DNA from: a virus
IMG/VR virus record: IMGVR_UViG_3300045988_063132
Span: 1 to 64,000 of that record
Reading direction: 5' to 3' (one strand)
Length of the DNA stretch: 64,000 nt
The position numbers and the translations under genes are program-made. Positions 10,801 through 20,320 of the stretch are shown piece by piece. The first letter of the stretch is position 1; every line of letters starts with the position of its first letter. A model generated the notes under the pieces. It ran no database searches, was not told the DNA's origin, and saw nothing but the letters and a program-made list of their open reading frames with translations.

Positions 10801-12051
10801 ATCTTCATTGCCAGGATATCTATTACCTAACTGAATAATTTTATCTTTAGGTTCAGGAACAGAACTACCAGGTTCACATACAGAATCAGATAAAACCACA
10901 TAATCAGTACCTACTTCGGATACCATGCGCCAATATCTTTTAACATTTTTACCATCAAAGATTTGACATATAGCCTGGTCTCCTTCAACAAAAGGATTTC
11001 TTACAGTACCATCTTGAGTATCAAATGTACATTTGTAATCATTATCTGGAGTAGTAGTAACATCTAGTATTTCAAGATCAGCAACTGAAACTAATATATC
11101 TCCACCAGTAGCTTTTATTTCATTTACTAGAAGTTCATTAACAGTCATTCTACCTCTAACAAACAAATCATCTACTTCAAACTTCCATCTGCCATTAATC
11201 GGATATAAAGAAGCACCTTCACCTAGAAAACCTTCTCTAAATGTTTGACCTCCTTGTATTCCTTTTAAAAACTTGATATAGCCATTTGCTGTATCGTCAA
11301 CCTTTTTAGATATATAGTTTAAATCAGATCTCCTGGCTGAATATAAATTACCATCTGTAGGTTGAGTATTGTCGGTACTAGTGATCATATATTTTGTATC
11401 ACCACCTATGCTACCTTCTACAGATCTAATTTTACCTTCCAGTTTTGATAAAGCTTGATTTAACGTATCTGTAGTAGTTAAATCGCTAGTATCTCCATTA
11501 TAATAATACCCGGATAACGGAAATATGGTACTAGTAGGTTGTGTATGAAAACCGGGTGCTTCACCACTACCACCACCATTTGCAATTAAATCTGCTAATG
11601 CTGTAATGATGTTTTCATCTTCAATTAACCTATTTAATAGGTTTTGTAATTGTTCCTTTGTAGACTTATCATCAATAGTATCTATCCAACCCTGTACTGT
11701 ATCATTAACTTCAGTTAAATCTTTATCGTGTTTATCTTCAAGAGTAATGATCTTATTGTTTAGTACATCATAGTAACTATTAATATTACTACTTAGATTA
11801 TTAGTAACATTAGTATCTCCTTCTACTATCTTGTTGGATAGATCTGTATAATTGTTGTCTACTTTAATATCAAGATTAGCTACATCTTCTTCAATACCAT
11901 CTACTCTTTCATTAGTTGCAAACGTACCAGATAAACTAGTTTCAAAATCATCTTTATGAATTATCTTATTAGTTTTATCTTGTATAAGAGTTAGAATATC
12001 ATTATCTTCAAAAGATGTGGTAACCTCAAATTGTGATATCTTTTTATTCAT
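7870..12051 (-). CDS. tail fiber / tail spike protein 2
   Basis: 1393-aa ORF. Beta-rich composition (Thr, Ser, Asn, Gly, Tyr), a short collagen-like tract and a Cys-containing C-terminal domain. Confidence 0.7.
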   Translation of the reverse strand: MNKKISQFEVTTSFEDNDILTLIQDKTNKIIHKDDFETSLSGTFATNERVDGIEEDVANLDIKVDNNYTDLSNKIVEGDTNVTNNLSSNINSYYDVLNNKIITLEDKHDKDLTEVNDTVQGWIDTIDDKSTKEQLQNLLNRLIEDENIITALADLIANGGGSGEAPGFHTQPTSTIFPLSGYYYNGDTSDLTTTDTLNQALSKLEGKIRSVEGSIGGDTKYMITSTDNTQPTDGNLYSARRSDLNYISKKVDDTANGYIKFLKGIQGGQTFREGFLGEGASLYPINGRWKFEVDDLFVRGRMTVNELLVNEIKATGGDILVSVADLEILDVTTTPDNDYKCTFDTQDGTVRNPFVEGDQAICQIFDGKNVKRYWRMVSEVGTDYVVLSDSVCEPGSSVPEPKDKIIQLGNRYPGNEDRRSAIMISARGAEGPSITLYDNIDDFNLVGKDRTVIGKNSRFVGTLSQVSSNGDIIRVPIDRGQFIAGTTYYYYDRVSYNGSLWLCMATQTTSIPSKENDEWLLQVEKGEQGAAGADKAKWVEITGERLFMYDNPNFEGTPTPSVITLYCNTYNIENPVFTWVNRNTNETIGTSQALDVRPDMFGDLRNFVVRCTVVNGKESFYDETQVAKLGDGATGEDAFYIDLSNGNMTVPYDSSGNNPQITITDVYTYVYAYQGMSQLYIDSITAETIEGVATVTVDGDKVTLNTLGSPSARIRLTVNIGSMSFTKDLWINKVQNGENGFDGIDACYVLISGEQVFKYDKEGLVSPSQITLYASSYGIESPTYSWYWKIVGTDNWNLLENEITETLVVSPNGSYFNNSVNEVTFKVECTSALGGAVYQDMLTINKLYDGKDGESPYRGVLTNEAHTVAANWLGEVESSELAKASTNYYLYQGTRKLENSEYTITYTNLDNNAQNQLSIDTNNNKLTVARLGNSFDSTVFKVEFHVPASSASPVVDVCDFTITKAKGGVPGDFEVSIYCRSNESQPNRPSMTSRPTSGGTYSNGNYWYVDAPSASGYAIWKSTALFDGETGLLKSGEQWTLPTKISGKDGQDGQTGPQGPAGPQGSPGGQGPAGDPGPALNFRGEYNNNATYYKTAELVDVVKRDGVYYMANKATITPGWSSSEWKSLNSFENIATGLLFAEEATIGGWRFSPASSSYFRSTNDVVCFYPSTDGMTPFLAAGTGSNKGAISSSGTKITNSKAPLKLWADGIITVGDGSSSSRAGLTGVGTSSDSVRIWAGTNHGDRTSAPFRVLDNGSMVATNGTFTGNVTCTSLIAQNIDSSNFSIPGLKCAGRCNWTGSSASFGYLFTTKELRMSPSRVATGRFRFTLSGAHSTDYVVLCSIDNPNTNIASGFRGSYQLGPRYSDHFDIHWFDTDGNAHDLTYFNVAFFSY
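8818..8913 (-). repeat. collagen-like Gly-X-Y tract in fiber 2
   Basis: [32 protein letters not shown] in the translation (aa ~1047-1078). Confidence 0.7.
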
Positions 12052-12052
12052 A

Positions 12053-12373
12053 TTACTCTTGGATTATATGTTCTTCTACTTCTGTTAATATACAATCATC
12101 ATCGATATCTTTTTCTGGATAGAAATTAATTTGTTTTTTTAAACAATGCATACATTCTATAATTTTATCTACATCTTCCTGAGTAATGGGAAAATCTTCA
12201 TCATCTACTTTAGTACTAGCCCAACTAGATAATTTGTCTAAATGCAACAATAATACTAAATTGGTAATAGAAACTCTATCCAGTTTTGCATTGTACTTAG
12301 TAGACTGATTAACTAATTCCCCAACCTTATTTACATAATTCACAATATCCATCTTTACAATTTTTACAGTCAT
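12053..12373 (-). CDS. hypothetical protein
   Basis: 106-aa ORF in operon-like packing upstream of fiber 2. Confidence 0.45.
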   Translation of the reverse strand: MTVKIVKMDIVNYVNKVGELVNQSTKYNAKLDRVSITNLVLLLHLDKLSSWASTKVDDEDFPITQEDVDKIIECMHCLKKQINFYPEKDIDDDCILTEVEEHIIQE

Positions 12374-12596
12374 TAATAGTACAATTGCATGTTCTCATAT
12401 CAAGCAAGTTAAGCATTTCTTTATAATATCTATCTGCATCTTCTGTAAAGTCTAATGCTATAGCATTTTCATATAAAGTTTTCTTGAATAAGAACATCAT
12501 GATTTTATCTTTCATCTTGTTATCTAAGCAGTTATGACAGTACTTTGTAAGTAATTTTACTTCTGCATAATACAAGCTATCGTTTATGTCATTCAT
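12327..12596 (-). CDS. small Cys-rich hypothetical protein
   Basis: 89 aa with CHNC...CNCTINDCKNCKDGYCELCK, a possible metal-binding cluster. Confidence 0.45.
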   Translation of the reverse strand: MNDINDSLYYAEVKLLTKYCHNCLDNKMKDKIMMFLFKKTLYENAIALDFTEDADRYYKEMLNLLDMRTCNCTINDCKNCKDGYCELCK

Positions 12597-12602
12597 ATCA
12601 AT

Positions 12603-12649
12603 CGTATATAAAAAGAAAAGGGATTAGGGATAACTTCCCCAATCCCTTT
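12603..12649 (-). terminator. rho-independent terminator after the 330-aa structural gene
   Basis: 9-bp inverted repeat, aaagggatt (12617-12625) with aatcccttt (12641-12649), around a 15-nt loop. On the minus strand it is followed by TCTTTTTAT. Confidence 0.6.
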
Positions 12650-12673
12650 CATGGTTAAAAATTAATTAAATCC

Positions 12674-13666
12674 TTATTCAGATACTTCTGCACCAGAAAT
12701 GAAAGATTTAATCATATTCACAAATAATTTATTTGTTTTGATCTGATCTTTTACAATGTACATTTCAACTGCCAGCGGAGTTGTTTTAATATATTGATTA
12801 TCATCAGACAGATATTTATTATCCCATTCCATTGTAATAGTATCATATTCTGCACTCAAATCAGATCTAAATTCCGGAGCAATATAAGGATAGATACCAT
12901 TAGCTCTATGAGTAATACCTCTGTAACCCATTGCTGCATCTTCACGATCTCTTACAATGTAAGCGTTACCCTTACCTGGAGTACCTTGAGTCTTAGCAAT
13001 TGTCAGATTAGAAATCGGATACATTGCGTTGCTCAATAAACCAGAAGGAATCGTTGTCCACATAAAAGCTTCTACAGACACCTGAGTATAACCGTGATCC
13101 AAAGTAATACCTTCGTTATACGGAATTTCTTTGGCTGTCAAAGTCAATACGGCTGCACTAGCACTAGCAATAACTCTAGCTTCTTTATGTTTATTAATTT
13201 TCTTTACAAAAGCATCAATCAGATCTTTCGGAGCTGTAGTCTTAGCGATTACTTCATACGTATGAGTAAACTGACCCGGAGCTTCGTAAATGTCGTTATA
13301 AACTAAACGTAAAACATAACGATGACCAACTTCCGGAGCTACATTAGTAGCAGTAATAACAATCTTATCTTCAGCTTTAGCAACGAAAGGAGTTACTACC
13401 AAAGTAGGATTAGAACCTTTTTGAATAGGCATAGAAAATCTAATTACAGATTTAGTGCTCTTAGCACCTTTCTGATCGTATACATCTTCTTTACCTTCAC
13501 AAACACCTACATAAATAGATTTAGCTGCTGCAGCTAATGCAGTAGATGTTAAAATTTTCTTGTTTTCATCAAACAAAGCAATTGCACCATCTGCCAAAGC
13601 ATCTGCTGTAGAAAAAGAAGCAGGAGCTGTTTTAGCAATCAGTACAGTATTTACTTTCTGTAGCAT
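12674..13666 (-). CDS. abundant structural protein (capsid or tail-tube candidate)
   Basis: 330-aa ORF followed by a strong terminator, an arrangement typical of the most highly expressed virion gene. No motif recognised. Confidence 0.45.
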   Translation of the reverse strand: MLQKVNTVLIAKTAPASFSTADALADGAIALFDENKKILTSTALAAAAKSIYVGVCEGKEDVYDQKGAKSTKSVIRFSMPIQKGSNPTLVVTPFVAKAEDKIVITATNVAPEVGHRYVLRLVYNDIYEAPGQFTHTYEVIAKTTAPKDLIDAFVKKINKHKEARVIASASAAVLTLTAKEIPYNEGITLDHGYTQVSVEAFMWTTIPSGLLSNAMYPISNLTIAKTQGTPGKGNAYIVRDREDAAMGYRGITHRANGIYPYIAPEFRSDLSAEYDTITMEWDNKYLSDDNQYIKTTPLAVEMYIVKDQIKTNKLFVNMIKSFISGAEVSE

Positions 13667-13781
13667 AATATTAATTTATTTTTAGTTAAACGGATATCCT
13701 AGTTTAACTGTATTTAACCCTTCTACTCCTGTGTTTCAAGTTTCCGCGTTAGGTTAAACTAAGAATTTAAAAAACGTATAC

Positions 13782-14483
13782 TTACTCCATTGTTGAAACT
13801 TCGTTCATATACGATTGATATCTTGGATTAGCCTTATTTTCTAAGTATAATTCAGCCGCTATTTTTACGATTTCCTGATGAGTAGATACTGGCATATCCG
13901 TATATTCATCAAAAGGAGCCGTAGTAAGACTAATCCTTTTAGGAGTCCTCAAGTATGTGAGGATATAATTCTTTATATTGTAATTACCATCGGTATATAA
14001 ATGGATTTCATTACCTTGAAATAATCTCAAAGGTCTTGCTGAAGTACCATGCAATCTATACTCTGATAATGTGTTTTGTCTCTGTCTATCAAAATTCTCA
14101 ATAGTAGCTTCTAACACATCTGTATGTTTAGTCCTAGGTTGACCATTAGGTCCCTTGGGCCAACAATTATTATTACTATATATTACTGCTGTTTCACCTA
14201 AAGTAAACATATAATCTGTTGGTAATGTAACTACTTGTTCTTCTGGGAATGTTGTAAACTGATATGTCTTATTGGTTACAAGTGTACGAAGATCATCAAT
14301 TCTTTTCTGATCCTGTTCAAATGCTGTACGCTTGTAATTGATACCTGAGTATCTAGTTTTAATAAACTTATCTAAACCAGCCATTAACCAATATTCAATA
14401 TCTGCTGTAACTGGTTTCTCAATATTATTATCAAGCAAACCTATTTCGGTTTCAAATGCAGTTTGTAATTCAATGAACTTCAT
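13782..14483 (-). CDS. structural protein, paralog 3 of a tandem triplet
   Basis: 233 aa. It shares ELQTAF, IEYWL, FEQDQKRIDDLRTLV and a C-terminal ILTYLRTPKR...EIVKIAAELYLEN with the 235-aa and 234-aa neighbours. Confidence 0.55.
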   Translation of the reverse strand: MKFIELQTAFETEIGLLDNNIEKPVTADIEYWLMAGLDKFIKTRYSGINYKRTAFEQDQKRIDDLRTLVTNKTYQFTTFPEEQVVTLPTDYMFTLGETAVIYSNNNCWPKGPNGQPRTKHTDVLEATIENFDRQRQNTLSEYRLHGTSARPLRLFQGNEIHLYTDGNYNIKNYILTYLRTPKRISLTTAPFDEYTDMPVSTHQEIVKIAAELYLENKANPRYQSYMNEVSTME

Positions 14484-14485
14484 AA

Positions 14486-15190
14486 TTATTCTCTATTACT
14501 TTGGTTAGATGGTTTAGTTTGTAATCTGTATTTACCTTCTGTGATAAACATATTAACAGCAAGGTCAACTATTTCACTATGAACAGATTCAGGTAATTCA
14601 CATTTTGAAGCACCAGTTGTAGTATTAAATCTTAATGGTTTTCTATAGTAAGTAAGAATAACACCGCTTAAAGTAGTATAGGCGTCTACTACTGCTTCCA
14701 TGTACATATATTTAGTAGTTGGATCAGATATTAAAGCTACTGCTGGTTGTCTTACAATTGGTGTATTATAAGCAGTCTTCATAAACTTTGGTAGATCCCT
14801 ATATTTTACTAATTGATTATCTACTTTAGTTTCAGTAGTATACTGCTTATAAGTACCTTTTACTTTACTTACGGAGTGTACGTATAAGAAATATTCATCA
14901 GTAGTAGAATAGGGTAGTCTATATCTAGCTATACCGTTTGATGTAGAACCGCTTTGTGTGAGTTCTCTTTCAACCAATAAACTTTTAATAGAATCTGTAT
15001 TTCTAGTTTGAGTATTGGTTTCAACTTCCATTTGATCATCACCTACATAGTTCATCATTACATAGCGATCCTGTGCTTCATTAAGTATAGAAAAAATCAA
15101 ATCTGAATTTGGTTTATTTTCTATAGTGAGATCTGGACTAATAAGTTGGAGTCTACGTTCAAACTCCATTTGCATTTCCTTGCTACTCAT
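14486..15190 (-). CDS. structural protein, paralog 2 of a tandem triplet
   Basis: 234 aa. Its C-terminal LTYYRKPLR...EIVDLAVNMFITE is similar to the flanking paralogs. Confidence 0.5.
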   Translation of the reverse strand: MSSKEMQMEFERRLQLISPDLTIENKPNSDLIFSILNEAQDRYVMMNYVGDDQMEVETNTQTRNTDSIKSLLVERELTQSGSTSNGIARYRLPYSTTDEYFLYVHSVSKVKGTYKQYTTETKVDNQLVKYRDLPKFMKTAYNTPIVRQPAVALISDPTTKYMYMEAVVDAYTTLSGVILTYYRKPLRFNTTTGASKCELPESVHSEIVDLAVNMFITEGKYRLQTKPSNQSNRE

Positions 15191-15191
15191 A

Positions 15192-15899
15192 TTATTCTGC
15201 TAATTGTGCCACATACTGTGGGTGTGATTGAACTCTTGGTGATTCTATATTTTCTAATGCCATATCAGCAGCTAACTTAACCACTTCATATTGCATATAC
15301 TCTGGTATTTCATCCATGCCCGAAGTAATATCCTGATTATTTAATCTCTTAGGATATGCTAGATAAGTTAAGTCGATAGTATAGGGACCTGTCATAAGAT
15401 CCCTATCCACGAACACTATCAACTTATTATCTTCTAGTATAGCAACAGGTTCTTCTATCCAAGGTTTGTTATTATATGTCTCTAAGAACCTCATTGCGTT
15501 TTCATGACTTATTAGTTTTACATTAGCTAATTTACTACCAAAGTGTAATGTACCTTGAATAAAATACATACGTTTATCTTGAGTTTGACTACCATAAGTA
15601 ATAGTAGATTTAAAGTCATTGAGCATTAATCTATTACTAGTTGTTTCACTCAATAGTGTTAAACCTTTATCCGTTTTTACTAAACCTTCAAGGTCTGATA
15701 CACGTTTACTATTTTCTTCAAAAGGAGTTCTAATAGTATTATTGCCCGTAAACTTGGTAGCTATTTTACTGAGGTATGCAGCATATAACCAATAATCTAT
15801 TTCCTCAGGTAAAAAAGAAGGACAACCAGACATACCAATATTAACGGCATTCTTGTCAGCTTCTATTTTAAATGCTATATGTAATTCACTAATATTCAT
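15192..15899 (-). CDS. structural protein, paralog 1 of a tandem triplet
   Basis: 235 aa with ELHIAF, IDYWLYAAY, FEENSKRVSDLEGLV and LTYLAYPKR...EVVKLAADMALEN. Confidence 0.55.
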   Translation of the reverse strand: MNISELHIAFKIEADKNAVNIGMSGCPSFLPEEIDYWLYAAYLSKIATKFTGNNTIRTPFEENSKRVSDLEGLVKTDKGLTLLSETTSNRLMLNDFKSTITYGSQTQDKRMYFIQGTLHFGSKLANVKLISHENAMRFLETYNNKPWIEEPVAILEDNKLIVFVDRDLMTGPYTIDLTYLAYPKRLNNQDITSGMDEIPEYMQYEVVKLAADMALENIESPRVQSHPQYVAQLAE

Positions 15900-15901
15900 A
15901 A

Positions 15902-16654
15902 TTATTTAGATTCAATTTCTTGCATGATTGCCATTTTGATATCTTGATTAGCCTTTTCATTTAAGAAACTAATAGCATCGTCTTGGCTTCTACCAATCAC
16001 GTCAGTACCATAATAGTATACATTTTTTGACTTACGAATTACATTCTTACTAATTGCAGTCTCTAAAATGTATTGAGTATCTTTATTTTTGTTATCAATC
16101 CACAGTAGGAAGAATTTACGAGGATCTTTTTCAATCAATTCAAACAACTTGCTTTCTACTAATTCATTGCTAATGTTGTCTGACTTATGACCATAAATAC
16201 GTAAACATTTACGCATCTCTTCGAGAGACATCTTATTAAATTCTGCAAATGCTTCACGTTTAATTTTGTTAAGTTTGTTAGCGGCTTCTGCTTCCGCATC
16301 GGTGTTAACTAACACATAATCATGTTGAGGTCTGATATTGCTTAAACCAGTTGCAACTCTTTTATGATTTTTTAAAAACAGATACGCTAATTCATCTTCA
16401 GGTTTTTCAGTATGCAAGAAAACATCTTTAGCTCCTAATCTTACACTATAAGTTTTCCAAAAAGAACTAGTAGGTGCTAAATGACCTTCTTCATAACCCA
16501 TAACTTTTTCAAGTCTACGAGCATCTTCTTCACTTAAACCTGTATGAATGTTACCAGCTCTTGTCCAATATGTACCAATATAATCGTAACAATTTTTATA
16601 TTTAGCTATTCCAGCCCACGGATTTACTCGGGCGAATTTTAATACTACTTCCAT
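15902..16654 (-). CDS. hypothetical virion protein
   Basis: 250-aa ORF between the capsid candidate and the paralog triplet. Confidence 0.45.
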   Translation of the reverse strand: MEVVLKFARVNPWAGIAKYKNCYDYIGTYWTRAGNIHTGLSEEDARRLEKVMGYEEGHLAPTSSFWKTYSVRLGAKDVFLHTEKPEDELAYLFLKNHKRVATGLSNIRPQHDYVLVNTDAEAEAANKLNKIKREAFAEFNKMSLEEMRKCLRIYGHKSDNISNELVESKLFELIEKDPRKFFLLWIDNKNKDTQYILETAISKNVIRKSKNVYYYGTDVIGRSQDDAISFLNEKANQDIKMAIMQEIESK

Positions 16655-16742
16655 AATTTTATTGTTTAAATAATAATCGGGGGCTAATGCCCCCTCTTAT
16701 TAATATTTTTAATTTTCTAAAACATGTACAGGAAAATGAGTT

Positions 16743-17867
16743 TTATGCCTCAACATCCATGATGAGCTCCCCACATGCACGGGGATCGAACAAGCAAATG
16801 CCCATCTCACCTAATAAATGCACGCTATAGCCATCCTTTGCGTTTGATCTAACTGTGCTTGCATTCTTACCATAACCTGCACCAGGAGCAACAGAACCTG
16901 AAGTATTCCAGATTACCATTTCACGATCTTTTCTAACTACCTTAACGATGTTAGATTTACCGTCTCTACGACCCAGATCCAAAAATGTCATTCTATAAGA
17001 TTCCAGCGGTTTACCAGAAACTGGATGCAACAAACGATTGTAAGTTGTATCATCATATAGCGGGAAGTGTTTCAATGTCAATTCGATACCATTAGTCATT
17101 TTGTAAGTAACAAACTGACCACCTAATACTAAAGACTGACCTGAACCAGTTACAAATTTAGTATCAATTAAATTCATAGTAACCGCTTTCTGTTTCAAAA
17201 CTCTATCGAATTCTCTCATACCCATTTCACCAGTCAGAGCAACAAACTTACGTTCATTAGTACCTAAAATATTATAAGACAGGTCAAACAAGAAATCTTC
17301 CAACAGTTCAGCTGTCAATTCAGTATAATAACGTCTATTAGACGGAGCAATCTGCTGCAACAAACCTGCAGGAATATATACCGGACGACCATTAGTACCC
17401 AGTAAAGAAGTAGAGCCATCTTTGTTTACGTTACTCTTGGAGTAAACTAACATACGTTCACATCTCTTAGACCATTCTCTCATAGCTTTCCATTCCTGAT
17501 AATCAGACCACAAGTAAGAAGTCTTACCTGTTTTAGGATCTTTTAAAGCGATCCACAGTACTGTAGAATAAGCTGTACCTGTAATATCATAATCCAGACG
17601 AGTAGTAAACAAGAAGTTTCTCATCTTGAAATGAGTATTATAGTTCAGGATATCGCCTTCTTCGCTGTATTCTTCATAAGCAGAAGCCAAACGAGATACC
17701 TGATGACCAGATACTAAATATTCACCAGGAATATAAGAACTAGATTGTCCATCAGCAATGAAACAAGTGTAAACCCATTCGTTACCATCCTGATAAGGTG
17801 CACCAGATACACGTACCTGATAGTTTCTGTCATCGAATTCCAAGATAGCACCAGGCTTTTTATTCAC
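16743..17867 (-). CDS. putative major capsid protein
   Basis: 374-aa ORF downstream of the portal and the scaffold-like gene. Assigned by size and position only. Confidence 0.4.
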   Translation of the reverse strand: MNKKPGAILEFDDRNYQVRVSGAPYQDGNEWVYTCFIADGQSSSYIPGEYLVSGHQVSRLASAYEEYSEEGDILNYNTHFKMRNFLFTTRLDYDITGTAYSTVLWIALKDPKTGKTSYLWSDYQEWKAMREWSKRCERMLVYSKSNVNKDGSTSLLGTNGRPVYIPAGLLQQIAPSNRRYYTELTAELLEDFLFDLSYNILGTNERKFVALTGEMGMREFDRVLKQKAVTMNLIDTKFVTGSGQSLVLGGQFVTYKMTNGIELTLKHFPLYDDTTYNRLLHPVSGKPLESYRMTFLDLGRRDGKSNIVKVVRKDREMVIWNTSGSVAPGAGYGKNASTVRSNAKDGYSVHLLGEMGICLFDPRACGELIMDVEA

Positions 17868-18600
17868 ACGGAGTCGTTAATTCCGCATCGCTAGTTTTAC
17901 TAGCAGCTACATCTTTCGATGTAGAATTGACTATATCACAATCCTTATTTAAAAAGGATTTCCAGTACTTCGGGTTACTTAACCCTACACCCTGGTTAGG
18001 GGTTAGTCGATGAACCTTCAAGTCTACTTTATCAACACGCAAACCTTTTAATAAACCAGCTTTTATATAAGCTCCTGTGTTTGCGTATTTTTGAATTAAT
18101 CCGTAAGTATATCCACTTATTCTAAATTGCTTACGTAGTTTACGAAAACCAAAAATAATAAATTGTTCATTATTATAAATGTTTGTAAAAACGTATGCTA
18201 TTTGTGGACCTTCTTTTGTTCTTATGGGTGGAGTATTACAAGTCACTTTAAACAAATTGTGTGTTTTTGCATGTTCTATGTTTTCTTCTGCAGTAACCCA
18301 TTCCAAGTTATTAAGATAGTTGTTTAATTTATCTCCATCTATATGATTAACTTGTTCTTTGTTATTAGGATTATCAATAAAAGTCATTGCAACTAATCTG
18401 TGTACTCTATAATCATATCTTTTATTATCTTTAGTAAAAGTAACATGTAAATAACCTCTTGGATTTTTAGTAGGTTTTAAAAACTTTTTACTTCGATGTG
18501 ACCATATTTTTCCATCTGTAGTACATGCATATAAATTTTCCCACCCAGGGATATCTTTCATTTCGTAGCCTTGCTCGGCTGCTGATTGTCCATTGTTCAT
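17860..18600 (-). CDS. HNH homing endonuclease
   Basis: NHIDGDKLNNYLNNLEWVTAEENIEHA (HNH_3-type motif). It overlaps the downstream capsid-candidate gene start by 8 nt. Confidence 0.65.
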   Translation of the reverse strand: MNNGQSAAEQGYEMKDIPGWENLYACTTDGKIWSHRSKKFLKPTKNPRGYLHVTFTKDNKRYDYRVHRLVAMTFIDNPNNKEQVNHIDGDKLNNYLNNLEWVTAEENIEHAKTHNLFKVTCNTPPIRTKEGPQIAYVFTNIYNNEQFIIFGFRKLRKQFRISGYTYGLIQKYANTGAYIKAGLLKGLRVDKVDLKVHRLTPNQGVGLSNPKYWKSFLNKDCDIVNSTSKDVAASKTSDAELTTPCE

Positions 18601-18702
18601 ATTTTTATCTTTAACTCTATGGTTTAAAAATCTTTAGGAGTTTCCAGCAATTCTCTGGATTATTCGATATACGTTACCGTATAAAGCGGCCTCTTAGCGG
18701 TG

Positions 18703-19089
18703 CTATGCTAAATAACCGAACCATTTATCTTCTAATGACAACATAATGGGAGTGTTACCCAAACCTGCCATAACTGTATCTGCATTAGCGGCAGTAATTT
18801 CTTGTCCATTCCACTTTGCAGAACGAATAGTTACAGCTCTATCGGTATCGATCATTACGTTCCATTCGTAATCTCTCTGATCAATTGACATTACATTACC
18901 AAGACCACCAGTAATAGCATCCAAAGACGTGCTATAACCATCATCTTTAGAACCAAATACATAAGAAATAACACGTGTTACTTCATACGGTCTAGTTAAC
19001 ATTGCATTTGAAATCATGTTTTCATCTACAAGATCTGAAAACCATTTACCTCTACCGATCTGTAAATTATTTAAAATTCCGTTATCCAT
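18703..19089 (-). CDS. hypothetical head protein
   Basis: 128-aa ORF between the scaffold-like gene and the HNH gene. Confidence 0.4.
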   Translation of the reverse strand: MDNGILNNLQIGRGKWFSDLVDENMISNAMLTRPYEVTRVISYVFGSKDDGYSTSLDAITGGLGNVMSIDQRDYEWNVMIDTDRAVTIRSAKWNGQEITAANADTVMAGLGNTPIMLSLEDKWFGYLA

Positions 19090-19112
19090 AAATATTAATA
19101 AAATTTATTTAA

Positions 19113-20303
19113 TTAAAGTAGTTGTACTGCGCGACTAAATATAGAGTTAGAGGAGTTGGTATTGATTCTTCTTGTACCTTTACTAACACCCGTAGATCTG
19201 AGACTCTGTTTCAGATTTTTAATAGCTGAGCTAGTACCCATTTTCTTAGCAGTATCAAGTAAAGTGTCGCCTTTCATTGTAAAATAGGCAGACTCTATTA
19301 AATTTTTTACGCTTTTTGAATAATCTTTTTGATATTGAGTTTTACCATTAGCATCTGCTTTGAATATATATGCAAGTAAAGCTTTCTTATCTTTCTCGGG
19401 AACTTTAATTCCACGAATGTCTTTCATAGCGTTTATTTCACCGACAACGTCGTCCATAAACTTTTGTTGACGAGCTACCATTTGCTCATGTTGCTTTCTC
19501 TGATCTTCTAATAGCTGTTCCTTTTTAGTCTCTTCTATCTCCTTCATTGCTTCCAGAGCATCTTCAGCTTCGTCTTCCAAGATACCAGCGTCTTCATATT
19601 TTTCGATTTTACGAGCAATCTGCTTTTCGTTAAAACCTTTTTCAGCTAATAGCATCTTAACAATTTGCTTCTGATTACTTTCAATTGTAGTATCAAAGTT
19701 TTCATAATCGATCTCTGGAGTAAGAGTAAAATAATCATTAAGATCGCCGCCATTGCGTACAAATTCATCCAGTTTAGCTACGTCTTCATTAGCATACTGA
19801 GGAACTGATTGTTCTTTGATAACTTCTTTAAAATAGTTAACCAATTCTTCTACAGTCTTTGGTTTCTCTTCTTCTTCATCGTCATCAAATTCCCATTCTA
19901 ATTCTTCAGCAATAGCATCGAATAATGCTGTAACTTTAGAAGATTCTTCTTCATCTACATCATCATCGTTATCATCGATATTATTGACATCATCATCTTC
20001 TTCTACTTTCTTAGTTTTCTTATTCTTTGTTTTATCGTCATCGTCGATGTTATCATCAATATCATTTACATCGTCATCATCATCAACCTCATCTTCTTCA
20101 GGTTCCTGCTTCTTGTTCTTGGCACCTGGAGTGGCTGGTCTAGCTTTTGCTGATTGTCTTTTCAATTCTTCTAACTCCTCATCAGTCATCGCATCGGGAT
20201 CGTCCGGAGTAGGAGTAATTGTAGTCGTGTTAGAATGATCTTCTACAAACATATTAGATATTGCTTCAAATCCAAATAGTGTATCATTACTATTGTTATC
20301 CAT
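19113..20303 (-). CDS. acidic scaffold-like protein
   Basis: 396 aa. Contains long Asp/Glu runs (DDDDDVNDIDDNIDDDD) and a coiled-coil-like C-terminal half. It lies between the portal and the capsid candidate. Confidence 0.5.
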   Translation of the reverse strand: MDNNSNDTLFGFEAISNMFVEDHSNTTTITPTPDDPDAMTDEELEELKRQSAKARPATPGAKNKKQEPEEDEVDDDDDVNDIDDNIDDDDKTKNKKTKKVEEDDDVNNIDDNDDDVDEEESSKVTALFDAIAEELEWEFDDDEEEEKPKTVEELVNYFKEVIKEQSVPQYANEDVAKLDEFVRNGGDLNDYFTLTPEIDYENFDTTIESNQKQIVKMLLAEKGFNEKQIARKIEKYEDAGILEDEAEDALEAMKEIEETKKEQLLEDQRKQHEQMVARQQKFMDDVVGEINAMKDIRGIKVPEKDKKALLAYIFKADANGKTQYQKDYSKSVKNLIESAYFTMKGDTLLDTAKKMGTSSAIKNLKQSLRSTGVSKGTRRINTNSSNSIFSRAVQLL

Positions 20304-20320
20304 AATTGTAATTAATTAGA

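Noticed and set aside
12794-13537. Plus-strand ORFs 12794..13039, 13094..13306 and 13322..13537
   Set aside because: They are antisense to the 330-aa structural gene and their translations are low-complexity.
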